The notes beneath the pieces were generated by a model, which saw nothing but the letters and a program-made list of their open reading frames with translations, was not told the origin of the DNA and did not search any database. Made by a program: the position numbers and the translations under genes. A stretch of 64,000 bases of DNA from an uncultured delta proteobacterium (GTDB taxonomy: Bacteria; Desulfobacterota; Binatia; Binatales; Binataceae). The stretch spans positions 411,471 to 475,470 of the forward strand of contig CAVWLM010000006.1 of assembly GCA_963755905.1 (NCBI GenBank), given 5' to 3'. This document shows, piece by piece, positions 41,702-52,300 of the stretch; the stretch's first letter is position 1; every line of letters starts with the position of its first letter.

Positions 41702-41992
41702 TCTCTGCCCGCTGACTCGCCGCGCCAGGGGGGATGGTTAGCTATGGTCCGCCTCCTTCAGAATGGCCCGGTGTCCGTTGACAAATTACCGGGAGAGGGT
41801 CTCACCAAAGGCGGGGTCGAACCAGGCGGCGATGCCCCGAAACTTGCAAGCCGCGTGACGGGCGAGTTAGGCTGACTATTGTCGTATCTGCGCGCGTGCG
41901 TGCGGATTTTGTTTGCGTCTCCGGCGAAACCGCTGTGTAGTTAGGCGGCGGTCCCACAGGCTCAACTCTCCGAGAAGGAAGGTATTTCGATC

Positions 41993-42574
41993 ATGGCTTT
42001 TGAACTTCCCAAGTTACCTTACGCGATAGACGCTCTGGCGCCCAATATCTCAGCCGAGACGCTGGAGTTCCATCACGGCAAGCATCACGCCACTTATGTC
42101 ACCAACCTGAACAACCTGATCAAGGGCGGCAAGTTCGAGCACGCGCCGCTCGAGCAGATTATCAAAGAGGCTGGGCCGGGCGGCCTGTTCAACAATGCGG
42201 CCCAGCACTTCAACCACAGCTTCTACTGGACCTCGCTGGCGCCGAAGGGCGGTGGTGATCCGTCCGGCAAAGTGGCCGAAGGGATCAAGAAGGCCTTTGG
42301 CGACTTCGCCGCTTTCAAAAAGAAATTCTCGGAAACCGCGACCACTCATTTCGGCAGCGGATGGGCCTGGCTGGTTGAGAAGTCCGACGGCGCGCTGGAC
42401 GTTATCGGGACTCACGACGCCGACACGCCGGTCGCCCACAACGTCAAGCCGATCCTGACCTGCGACGTGTGGGAGCACGCGTACTATATCGATTACCGCA
42501 ACGCGCGCGCGAAGTACGTCGAAGCCTGGTGGAACCTGGTCAACTGGGATTTCGCCAACGCCAACCTGAAGTAG
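41993..42574 (+). CDS. sodB: Fe-superoxide dismutase
   Basis: HHGKHH, NNAAQHFNH (Fe-type AAQ), FGSGWAWL, DVWEHAYY. Confidence 0.95.
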   Translation: MAFELPKLPYAIDALAPNISAETLEFHHGKHHATYVTNLNNLIKGGKFEHAPLEQIIKEAGPGGLFNNAAQHFNHSFYWTSLAPKGGGDPSGKVAEGIKKAFGDFAAFKKKFSETATTHFGSGWAWLVEKSDGALDVIGTHDADTPVAHNVKPILTCDVWEHAYYIDYRNARAKYVEAWWNLVNWDFANANLK

Positions 42575-42817
42575 GACGGCGTCCGCGCTCGCGGCGCTAA
42601 TCGCCGCGGGCGCGCATCGAGCCGACAGCGGCCGTGCCGTGCGCATCGCGCGTGACACGGCGGTGCCGGCCACATTTTGTGTCCGTGAGGAATCGGCCTT
42701 CGCCCGGTGTCTGCGCGGCCGCAGCGGGATTTGCCGCGCCGGACTCAAGATCTTGAATGGCGATTCTCTCGGCACGCGATCGTTTCCGACTATCTTCCGG
42801 GGGGGGAGGATACATCG

Positions 42818-43540
42818 ATGGAACTTCTTGAAGGCCGCGTTGCGATCATCACCGGCGGCTCAGGCGCGCTCGGGCGCGCCGCCGTTGAGTACTTCCTGAT
42901 CGCGGGCGCTAAAGTCGCCGTGCCTTACATCGTCGACGCCGAGGTTCCGCTATTGGAGCATCGCCTCGGCAACCGCTTTCCGAGCTCGCAGATACTGATG
43001 CGCAAGTACGACGTCGGCGTCGAGGAGCAAATCTCGAAGCTGGTCGACGAAGTGGTGCGCACCTTCGGCAAACTCGACATCCTGGTCAATCTGGTGGGCG
43101 GATTCTGGGGCGGCAAGCCGATCGCCGAGACCACGCTCGCCGAATGGCAATCGATGTTCGATCTCAATCTCAAGCCAACGTTCCTGTGCTGCCGCGCGGC
43201 GGTGCCGGCGATGAAACGCAACGGCTATGGCCGTATCGTCTCGGTCAGCTCGCGCAGTGGGCTCTCCGGGGCGGGCGACTACGCCGCGTACACGGTCGCC
43301 AAGGGCGCGATCAAAACGTTCACCGCTGCGCTCGCCGAAGAGGTGCTTGGCGATAACATCCTGGTCAACGCAATCGCGCCGAGCACGATCGACACCGAAG
43401 CAAACCGCCAGGCGATGCCCAAGGCGAAGCACGAAAACTGGGTCAAGCCCGACGACATCGCGCGGACGATCGCCTACCTCTGCTCGGAGGATTGCAGCGT
43501 GACCTCCGGCGCGGTGATCCCGGTATACGGCAAGGCTTAA
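42818..43540 (+). CDS. SDR family oxidoreductase
   Basis: TGGSGALG, YTVAK (YxxxK), VNAIAPS; GGAGG RBS. Confidence 0.93.
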   Translation: MELLEGRVAIITGGSGALGRAAVEYFLIAGAKVAVPYIVDAEVPLLEHRLGNRFPSSQILMRKYDVGVEEQISKLVDEVVRTFGKLDILVNLVGGFWGGKPIAETTLAEWQSMFDLNLKPTFLCCRAAVPAMKRNGYGRIVSVSSRSGLSGAGDYAAYTVAKGAIKTFTAALAEEVLGDNILVNAIAPSTIDTEANRQAMPKAKHENWVKPDDIARTIAYLCSEDCSVTSGAVIPVYGKA

Positions 43541-43544
43541 AAAA

Positions 43545-43982
43545 TCAGATTTGATACATGACCGCCGACTTGCGGCGTTCGGCGAGCGACTGGAGCGTGG
43601 CCCGGCGCAGGATGGCGACGACGCTGTCGCGCACCTCGCGCCATACGTCGCGCATCGGACATCCGCCGTCGCGCGGACAGAACGAATTCGCGCCGTCCTC
43701 CAGGCACTCGACCGGCGTGTAGTCGCCTTCGATTATCTCGACCACGTCGGCCATCGTAATCCGGGCCGGCGGACGCGCCAGCATGTAGCCACCGCTCGGC
43801 CCTTTTTGGCTGAGCACCAGTCCGCCGCGCTTGAGCTCGATTAGCAAGCGGCGAAGGTAGTTCTCCGGGACTCCCTGCACCGCCGCTATTTCTTCGACGC
43901 GTAGCGGCTGCGAGCTCGGATAGCGGTCCGCCAACATCAGTAGCGCTTTGAGCGAATAATCGACCCCGACGCCGAACTTCAT
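43545..43982 (-). CDS. Rrf2 family transcriptional regulator (IscR/CymR-like)
   Basis: SQKGPSGGYMLARPPARIT, three Cys (ECL...FCP...GCP), C-terminal MYQI. Confidence 0.93.
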   Translation of the reverse strand: MKFGVGVDYSLKALLMLADRYPSSQPLRVEEIAAVQGVPENYLRRLLIELKRGGLVLSQKGPSGGYMLARPPARITMADVVEIIEGDYTPVECLEDGANSFCPRDGGCPMRDVWREVRDSVVAILRRATLQSLAERRKSAVMYQI

Positions 43983-44040
43983 TCGAATCCTCTTGTGAAT
44001 CCTCTAGCGAGATTTTTAGCACGGCGGGCGACGACTTAGA

Positions 44041-44094
44041 ATAGCTGACTCGGTTAGTCATCTAATTAATTGACTAAAACGCTTGATTAAGTCA
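44041..44094. promoter_or_regulatory. Candidate Rrf2 operator (IscR type-1-like)
   Basis: ATAGCTGACT-CGGTT-AGTCATCTAA plus further TGACT/AGTCA half-sites (TTAGTCA-N10-TGACTAA) in an AT-rich divergent promoter. Confidence 0.6.
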
Positions 44095-44143
44095 TATTTC
44101 CGCTTCACCCCCGTTTTCAAAGGATCTTTAGGGAGCCTTCCAG

Positions 44144-45601
44144 GTGACCAAAGAAATTCGTCTGAACGCTTTCGACATGAATTGCGTCGTGCATCAGTCG
44201 GCGGGTCTGTGGACTCATCCGCGCGACCACGCTGCCGACTACACCAGCCTGGAGTACTGGACCGAACTGGCACAGATCCTGGAACGCGGCTATTTCGACG
44301 GCCTGTTTATCGCGGATGTGCTCGGGGTCTACGACGTTTACGGCGGCAACGTGAACACCGCGATCAGCCAGGGTATCCAGTTGCCACTCAACGACCCCGT
44401 ATTGGTGATTCCGCCGATGGCGCAGGTCACCAAGCATCTCGGCTTCGGCGTGACCTGCACGCTCTCATTTGAGCCGCCGTATCCCTTCGCGCGCCGGATG
44501 TCGACGCTGGATCACCTGACCCGCGGGCGAATCGGATGGAACATCGTGACCGGCTACCTCAACAGTGCGGCAAAGGGTGTGGGGATGGACGCGCAGAACG
44601 CGCACGACCATCGCTACGACATCGCCGACGAATACATGGAGGTCGTCTACAAGCTTTGGGAAGGGAGTTGGGAGGACGACGCGGTGGTGCGCGACCGCGA
44701 CAAGCGCATCTTCGCGGATCCGGACAAAGTCCATAAGATTCACCATCACGGCGAAAACTATCGCGTCGACGCGATTCACCTGTGCGAGCCCTCGCCGCAA
44801 CGCACTCCGCTGCTCTACCAGGCGGGCGCCTCGAACCGCGGATGCGAGTTTGCCGCGCGGCACGCCGAGTGCGTGTTCCTGCTGGGGCCGTCGAAGCAGG
44901 TGGTTGCGCCACGCGTCGCGGACATCCGGCGGCGCGCCGCGCGCTACGGCCGTAATCCGGCGGAGATCCTGATCTTCACCCTGATGACCGTGATCGTCGG
45001 ACGCACCGAGGCGGAAGCGCGGGCCAAGTTCGACGACTACCGCAGCCATATCAGTCATGCCGGCGCGCTGACCCTGTTCTCGGGATGGACCGGGATCGAT
45101 TTCTCGCGTTATGCGCTCGATGATCCGATCCGCTACCTCAAGAACGACGCGATCAACTCGGCGGTCGAGGCCTTCACGCTCGCCGATCCCGACCGGATCT
45201 GGACCGTGCGCGAGATCGCCGAATTCGTCGGCATCGGCGGGATGGGCCCTATCCTGGTGGGATCGCCCGAACAGATCGCCGACGAGCTCCAGTCCTGGAT
45301 CGAAGTGACCGATATCGACGGCTTCAACCTCTGCTACGCGGTGACGCCGGAGAGCTTCACGGACTTCGTCGATCTGGTGGTGCCGGAACTGCAGCGGCGC
45401 GGAGTCTACAAACGCGAGTACCGCGAAGGCACGCTGCGCGAGAAGCTGTACGGGCCGGGTCGCGCGCGGCTGCCGGAGAGCCATCCGGCGAACGCTTACC
45501 GCCATCGCGCCGCCCCAGCCGCTGAAGCGCCAGCGGCTCCCGTCAACGACAACCAGAACGACAATCAAAACCTGGGTGAAAGCCTCGGCAGGTTATCGTA
45601 A
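44144..45601 (+). CDS. LLM-class flavin-dependent monooxygenase (NtaA/DszA/SoxA family)
   Basis: FDGLFIADVLG, STLDHLTRGRIGWNIVTG, PSPQRTPLLYQAGAS, VVPELQRRG, GTLREKL. Confidence 0.95.
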   Translation: MTKEIRLNAFDMNCVVHQSAGLWTHPRDHAADYTSLEYWTELAQILERGYFDGLFIADVLGVYDVYGGNVNTAISQGIQLPLNDPVLVIPPMAQVTKHLGFGVTCTLSFEPPYPFARRMSTLDHLTRGRIGWNIVTGYLNSAAKGVGMDAQNAHDHRYDIADEYMEVVYKLWEGSWEDDAVVRDRDKRIFADPDKVHKIHHHGENYRVDAIHLCEPSPQRTPLLYQAGASNRGCEFAARHAECVFLLGPSKQVVAPRVADIRRRAARYGRNPAEILIFTLMTVIVGRTEAEARAKFDDYRSHISHAGALTLFSGWTGIDFSRYALDDPIRYLKNDAINSAVEAFTLADPDRIWTVREIAEFVGIGGMGPILVGSPEQIADELQSWIEVTDIDGFNLCYAVTPESFTDFVDLVVPELQRRGVYKREYREGTLREKLYGPGRARLPESHPANAYRHRAAPAAEAPAAPVNDNQNDNQNLGESLGRLS

Positions 45602-45632
45602 GCGCATCGCGGTTCGAGCGCGGCGGACGCGC

Positions 45633-45998
45633 CTAAGGCCTGGCGAAACTGTCGGCGAGGTCGGCCAGTTCGGGGATCCGATACCGCTCGCCGATATAGG
45701 CTTTGTACATCAGGAAAATCCACATTATCGCCAGTCCCAGGTTGATTAGTCCCTGGAGCCCGCCGAGTAGCCGGCCGAGCGCGAAGGGCAGCACCGCGAT
45801 AAACACGCTCAGGACGATATTGATCACGAACCAGGCGATCGAGAACGCGATCGACTGGCGCGCATGAAAGCGCACGAAGTCGTCCTTGTCATACGGCTCT
45901 AGATAGAGAAAGACGATTCCCGTCACCGGCCCCAATAGATAAGCCGCCGCCGCGATCACCTGGCTTTGCGGCGTGCCGCCGACGCCCTGTCCATCCAT
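45633..45998 (-). CDS. DUF4870-like small membrane protein
   Basis: AYLLGPVTGIVFL...DDFVRFHARQS...MYKAY.GERYRIP. Confidence 0.85.
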   Translation of the reverse strand: MDGQGVGGTPQSQVIAAAAYLLGPVTGIVFLYLEPYDKDDFVRFHARQSIAFSIAWFVINIVLSVFIAVLPFALGRLLGGLQGLINLGLAIMWIFLMYKAYIGERYRIPELADLADSFARP

Positions 45999-46180
45999 CT
46001 CGCTCTACCTCCTGTCCATCTCGCGAACGGCCGCGAGCACGATCGATCGCGAACGTCGCGACACATCGCAACTCCTAGGATAGCCGCTTTCCGTAGCGCA
46101 TCTCGATAGCAGGGGTCGCTGCCGCGGCGCAAGACCGCTGCCAGAGCGCGTTTGTATCGGACCGCCGCGGGGCAGCTCCG

Positions 46181-46630
46181 CTATTTCTTGGAATTGCCGC
46201 CCTGGAGCTGATGGAGCGCCGCCTCGTTGGCGCGCGCGGTCGCGGCCATGTTGAGTTGGGCGCGGATACGGTTGGCGAGTTGCCGGCGAAAGACGGGCTT
46301 GGCGAGAAAATCGCTCACCCCGAGACGCATCCCCTCGGCGCGCGCGTCGAGGTCGTCGCGCGCAGTGATCATGATGACCGGAATCTCGGCGGTCGAGGGA
46401 TTTTCCTTGAGCTTACGGCAGACCTGGAAACCGTCCATCTCGGGCATCATCAGGTCGAGCAGGATCACGTCGATCGGCATTTCGCGCACGAGCCTGATAC
46501 ATTCGGCGCCGGAGATGGCCTCGATGGCGACGAAGCCTTCGCGCTGCAGATGGCGCGCGAGAATCGTTACCGTGTCGGCATCGTCGTCAACCACCATGAT
46601 CTGCGGCAGCCTGGCTGATTGCTCGGCCAT
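46181..46630 (-). CDS. Single-domain response regulator receiver
   Basis: [30 protein letters not shown]. Confidence 0.93.
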   Translation of the reverse strand: MAEQSARLPQIMVVDDDADTVTILARHLQREGFVAIEAISGAECIRLVREMPIDVILLDLMMPEMDGFQVCRKLKENPSTAEIPVIMITARDDLDARAEGMRLGVSDFLAKPVFRRQLANRIRAQLNMAATARANEAALHQLQGGNSKK

Positions 46631-46643
46631 ACGAGTCCTCGCC

Positions 46644-47706
46644 TCACGATTCGTCGTTCCAGCCCGAGCCGGCAGGCGCGATCACGCCGCACCGCCGCAG
46701 CTTGGCTGAAAAAGTCGTCCGCTTGAGCCCTAACAGTCGCGCCGCCGCCTGTTTGTTGCCGCCGGTCTGGCGCAGGGCCTCGTTGATCATGCGGCCCTCG
46801 AGCTCGCGCACTATCGCGTTGAGATTGACGCCGCCTTCGGTCAGCGTCGCGGGAACGTGATTCTCGGAAGCCCGCGTGGTGGCTGCCATCCCGGGCGGCA
46901 GCAACTCGGCGTCGATCACCTCGCCCTCGCACATGATAACCAGCCGCTCGATCATGTTCTCCAGCTCGCGCACGTTGCCCGGCCAATCGTACGACCACAG
47001 GCTGACCATCGCCGCCTGTGAAACCGTCCAGTGGCGGCCGACGAGGCGAGCATGCAGGCGCGATGAGAAAGTATTCGACCAGCAGCGGAATGTCCGAGCG
47101 GCGCTCGCGCAGCGGCGGAATCGCGATCGGCACCACCTGCAGACGGTAAAAGAGATCCTCGCGGAAGCTGCCCTTCTTGACCCCGGCGACCAGGTCAGAG
47201 TTGCTGGCCGCGATGACGCGCGCGTCGATCCTGCTCGCGCGGTCGGAGCCCACGGGCCTGACGATCCCGTCCTCCAGCACGCGCAAGAGCTTCGCTTGGA
47301 GTTGCAGCGGCATCTCGCCGATCTCGTCGAGGAAGATTGTTCCTCCGTCGGCCGTGCTGAACAGCCCGTGCCGCGGCCCCGCGGCGCCGGTGAAAGCGCC
47401 GCGCTCATGGCCGAACATCTCGGACTCCAGCAACTCGTGGGGAATCGCCGCGCAGTTGACCGGCACGAAGGCGCGCGAGCGCCGGGCCGACAAGGTATGG
47501 ATCGTTCTTGCCACGACCTCTTTGCCGGTGCCGCTCTCGCCGGTGATCAGCACGGTCGCATCGGTGACAGCGACGCGTTCGACCAGCGCCCGCAGTTTGA
47601 CTACTGTAGGATGTTCGCCGACCAGCGCGCGCTCGGCGGGAAGCCGCGCGGCGGGATCGGTCCTAGCCTCAGCCGCGATCACTGATTGCCGATCCCCCAC
47701 TGACAT
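46644..47706 (-). CDS. Sigma54-dependent activator (AAA+ and Fis HTH, no input domain); apparent +1 frameshift ~47066
   Basis: [23 protein letters not shown] in ORF 46567-47706; [10 protein letters not shown] and HTH in ORF 46644-47408. Confidence 0.9.
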
Positions 47707-47902
47707 TTCGTGGCCTCGCGAAACAGCTTCAGCTTGAAACGGTCCCAGATTGTGTCATGCGGGGCAGTAGCCAAACAAGCTACAACGGTTTCCGAATACG
47801 CCGGTACTGCTCTGGCACTGAGATACGAGAGATAGGTTTGAATAGTAATAGTCTTCTCAGTGATATTTAGCGCGCCGCTGGCGAAGCCGCCAAATCCTAT
47901 TC

Positions 47903-48397
47903 TCAGTCCACCTCGGCACGGTAAATCGCCGCCTGTCCGGGCCCTTCGGCCACTGATATTTCGATTGACATTATTCCCTGTAGCGCCTGTTGGGCGTTCA
48001 ACGCCTCGCGTAGTTCCTTCCAGATGAAACGCGCGAGTTCCTCGGCCGAGCTATGCCCGATCGGCAACAGACAGGCGTCCTTCGCGGGCAAACGGAATTC
48101 ATCCGTTCCGTAGCAAATCCTCAGTTGCCCGTTGTCCAGGTGTTCTATCTGCAAACAGTCGCTTTCGGCCGGCACCAGCGTGCGTTCATCGAGGCGGTCG
48201 ACGATCTCCTTGGTCAGGCGTTTGATCAGGCCAAAGTCGAGGACGTAACCGGTCGGCGACAACCGCCCTTCGACCCGGACCCCAACCTGGTAGTTATGTC
48301 CGTGTAGCGGTTCGCGGAAGCCAGGGTAAGCGATAAAATGCGCGGCCGAGAACTTGAGGTTCTCCTTGGCGACGTAGATCGAAAATCCGGATGACAC
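47903..48397 (-). CDS. 6-pyruvoyl-tetrahydropterin synthase family, PTPS-III type (ExxHGH)
   Basis: FSAAHF...REPLHGHNY, LDFG, SSAEELA, EGPGQ; Glu and no Cys before HGH. Confidence 0.88.
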   Translation of the reverse strand: MSSGFSIYVAKENLKFSAAHFIAYPGFREPLHGHNYQVGVRVEGRLSPTGYVLDFGLIKRLTKEIVDRLDERTLVPAESDCLQIEHLDNGQLRICYGTDEFRLPAKDACLLPIGHSSAEELARFIWKELREALNAQQALQGIMSIEISVAEGPGQAAIYRAEVD

Positions 48398-48401
48398 CCG
48401 C

Positions 48402-49317
48402 TCAATCCCTCCGATGATTTTCGACCGCGGCGCCGAGTTGGACCAGACATTCGTGAACGACGCCGCTGAACTGCGCGCGATAGCGCGCGTCGTCGAGCGA
48501 GGAAGCCCGCATGAACCGCTCGAGCTCGCCGGGCGCGGCCAACATGAAACGGCGCATCAGTTCGGTGCCCCATTCGGTCTCGAGATCGACGTCGGTCATC
48601 AGGTCGTCCACCGCCAGACCGTGCATCCCGCCCAGCACGCACTCGGCGAAATAACCGGCCTGACCCTCGCGATCGATCTCGAAACTCCGCACTTCCATCG
48701 CCTCGCGCATCGACAGCAGCCGATCCATCCCCAGCTCGTTGCGCTTCGAGCGCACCGCCGGATCGCCGCTGCCCTCGTAGCCCGATCCGATCGCGGCGAT
48801 TCCGACGCGGCCGTCGTCGAGTGGCACGGGATGGAAGATGTAGCCGGGCGAGGTGTAGCCGAGGAGCTTGCGCAACTCGACGCGGTAAGCGAGCAGGTCG
48901 AAGGCGGTACGCTGTGCGATCTCGAGCAGGAACTCACCCAGACCGGCGCCCGCGGCGTCGGCGCGGTCGATACAGCTCGAGGAATTTCGCCGAGTCGTAT
49001 TCTTCGCGCCGCGCGATGAGCGCGGCCCATTCGCGGTCGAACACCAGCCCCACCCCGCCGATCCCTTCATCGCCATCGACCCCCGCGCGCGCGACGATCG
49101 GTTCGCCCCGCCGCACCGGCTCGAGATCCATCGCAAGGTAACGCCCGTGGTTGGAAGGCTTGGCGAGACCGCGCCGCGCATTGCCCAGCCGCACCGCGAA
49201 CGCGTCACGCGCGATAAGCTTGCTGCCGCCGCCGCGCCGCTCCGAGAGCAATCCATAGCCGCTCAGCAACGAGCCATAACCGATAACCAGGAAAGTGTCG
49301 TTAATCAGATTTGCCAC
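48402..49317 (-). CDS. Hypothetical protein with a GGCT/ChaC-like N-terminus; apparent +1 frameshift ~48972
   Basis: VIGYGSLLS and ARREEY in ORF 48934-49317, continuing as IDRADAAG... in ORF 48402-49256. Confidence 0.7.
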
Positions 49318-49373
49318 CCGCTCAATCGTAGCGAAGCCTCAACCTCGTTCAAACACAAGTTCAAACCCGCATT

Positions 49374-52300
49374 TCAAACACACATCAGGACGCCGCGCGC
49401 CGGAACGCCCGTGCTCCGGCTTATCGCGTGCAGATAGAGCAGCAACTGCACGCGATATTCGTCCATTCGTCCCGCGATCCCGGCGTCGGTTTTGAAATCG
49501 GCGACGACCCATCGTTCGCCGCCGGCGACGCGCTCGGGAAAAGCCAGGTCAACCACGCCTTCGACGGTGGCGCCGTCTTCCAGCCTCAGCACCAGCGCGC
49601 ACTCACGGCGCAGACCGGCTCCCGCGGCGGCCGCCGTCTTCATCAATGGAGCGTCGAGCGCGCCGGCCACGGCCTCGCACGCGGCGGAAACCTCGGCGTC
49701 GTCGGCGCCGAGCAGCCTCGCAAAAAATCGGGCGGCCTCGGCAATCGCGGCCGTGTCCGCGTCGAGGGCTACGCGCGAGAGGATCGAATGAACCAGCGTC
49801 CCGAAACGCAGCCCATGTGGACGTGCGGCCGCGCGCGCGACATGTTCGATCTCGATCTCGCCCGGACCGCCGAGCCATCCAGGAATTTCGCCGCGCTCGA
49901 CAATTCGCGCGGCAAGCTCGGTCGCGGTGACAACCCGATAGGTCTCCGCCGCGCCGGCCGCGAGCATTTTGCCACGATGCGCCTGCCACTGTTGGTATTC
50001 CTGCGCGCCTTGCGACGCCGCGCGTTCACCCTTATCCGCGGTGAGCAGCCGATGCTGCCGCAGGCCCATCGTTTCGCGCGCATCCAGCTTGAGCCGGGCG
50101 GGATCCCACCACACGACATGATGGTCGCCGGCTTGTGCGCGATGGAGTCCCGGCGCAACGACGCGCGACTTCGGCGGGGCCTTGGGCGGACGCACGACGA
50201 CGCTGTCGTCGCCAAACACCGGACATCCGGGCGGCGCCGCCTCCAGCGGCACGCGCCAATCCTTGGCCGCCGGATAGATCACAGGGTTGAGCCGGCCAAG
50301 CCATCCGTCCTGCGGCGCGCTGCCGACCGCGGGCACGATCAACAGATCGCGCGCGCGGGTCGCGCCGACATAGAGCAGGCGCATCGCCTCTTCGGTGTCG
50401 CGGCGGGTTTCCTCCTCGGCGTGCTCCAGCAGCTCGCTCGGCGCATGGCCGGCGAGCCGCATCGCGCAAAGACCGCTTAAGGGGTCGACCCATCGATGGG
50501 CGTCGCCGGCGGTTTCATTGCAGGTCAGATCGGCGAGCAGAACGATCGGGAACTCGAGGCCCTTGGCGCGATGCACGGTCATGATGCGCACGCCCTCGGC
50601 CCCTTCCTCCACCACCGGCGCATCGCCGCTCTCCTCCCGCTCGGCACGCGAGACGAGCTCGTCGACGAAGCCGCGAAACGAGCGCACGGCGCGCCGCGAC
50701 TCGTAGCGCCGCGCGAGATCCATCAGGCGCATCACGTTCGCCAGCGCCTGCTCACCGGTGGGCCATATGGCGATTGCCGCATGCGCGCGCACGGCCGCGA
50801 GCAGGCGCGCAATCGTCTCCGCGATCGGCCGGCGGTTGCGTCCGCGGCTGAGCGCGCGCAGCACGCCGAGCGCGGACCCAATTTCTTCAAGCTCGGGGGG
50901 CAAATCGGCGGGAAGCTTGCGGAACGGATGCAGCGTGCCGGCGGCGGCGCGAAAGCGCAGCAGCGCGCCGTCGTCGAGCGCGAACAGCGGGCCGCGCAGC
51001 GTCGCGAACACTGCCAGCTCGTCATCGGGCCGCTCGATCGCGCCGAGCGCGTTGCGCAGCGCCTCGACCTCTTCGCGCTCGTTGAACGATCCGCCTTTGA
51101 CCAGCACGTGTGCGATATGCCGCGCCTCCAGCGCGCGCACGTAGGGCCGCGTGACGTCGCGGCCGTAAGTGCTGAAGCGGCGAAACAGCATGCAGATGTG
51201 GCGCGGCTCGATTGGAACACGCAACGCGGGCTGGTCGCGCGTGGTTACCGTCCACCCGCTTTCTTCGACCAGCCATCGCACCAGCGCGCCCGCCGCGTCG
51301 GGCGTCGATTCATCGATCTGGCGCTTGGTAACGTAGCCCCTCTCGCTGTAGGGCGCGGGCACCGGCAGCACGATCAGCGACGGCTGGGTGGCGCAGTCCG
51401 CGCGAAACGGCATCAGCGGCGAATAGGCGGGCTGGGTCGGTGACTCCGACGGCATCAGCGGCGCGAAGGCGGCGTTGACAGCGCGCTGCAATTCGGGCGT
51501 CGCACGAAAGCTGACCGTGAGATGCTCGATCTCGGCTCCGCACTCGAGCAGGCGGCGCTTGACGTCCTGGTAGAGCGCGACGTCGGCGCGGCGGAAGCGA
51601 TAAATCGATTGCTTGGGATCGCCCACGATAAACAGTTTGCCGCCGAGCGGACGCGCGCGGCGCCAATCCGACTCGGCGGGATCGGCGGCCGCGAGCAGCA
51701 GCAGGATTTCGGCCTGCAGCGGATCGGTGTCCTGGAACTCGTCGACGAAGATGTGGCTGATGCGCCGCTGCAGTTCGGCGCGCACCGCGGCGCTGTCGCG
51801 CACCAGGTCGCGGGCGATCAGCAGCAGGTCGATGAAGTCGAGCACGCCGGCGCGCTTCTTGGCCTCTTCGTAGTAGCCGACGATCGGCCATAACTCGTCG
51901 CGCAAAAGCGGTGCGAGGTTGGCGCCGGCGGCGTCGCGAAAGCTCACGAGCCGCGCGTGCAACGCGCCGCGCCGCGCCATCACTTCGGCCCGCGGCAGCG
52001 GCCCAAAATCGTCGCCCCACCCTTTCCATCGCCAACGCCCGTCGTAGCCGCGCAGCAGCGCGAGCAGCGCCGCCTCGAGCGCGTCGTAGTCGCGTCCGCG
52101 CACGGCCTCCAGGCGCGTCGCCTCGTCGATCGGATGAGCGATTTCGCCGAGCGCCTTGCCGAGCCAGTCACCGGGATCGACATGTTGGGCGAGCGCGCCG
52201 AGCGCGCGGATTTCCGCGACCATCGCGTCGATTTCGGGATCGCGATCGAACGCCTGATGGCGCCACGGCGTATGGAAGTCGCGCCACTGCAGGAGTTCCC

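Noticed and set aside
41788-41862. Glycine-riboswitch-like words (GGAGAG...CACC.AAGG...AAACTT)
   Set aside because: The CTCTCAGG core is altered (CTTGCAAG), P1/P2 are too weak, and the downstream gene is sodB.
42799-42806. G8 tract before the SDR RBS as a phase-variation switch
   Set aside because: It is short, non-coding, merges with the Shine-Dalgarno sequence, and there is no evidence of length variation.
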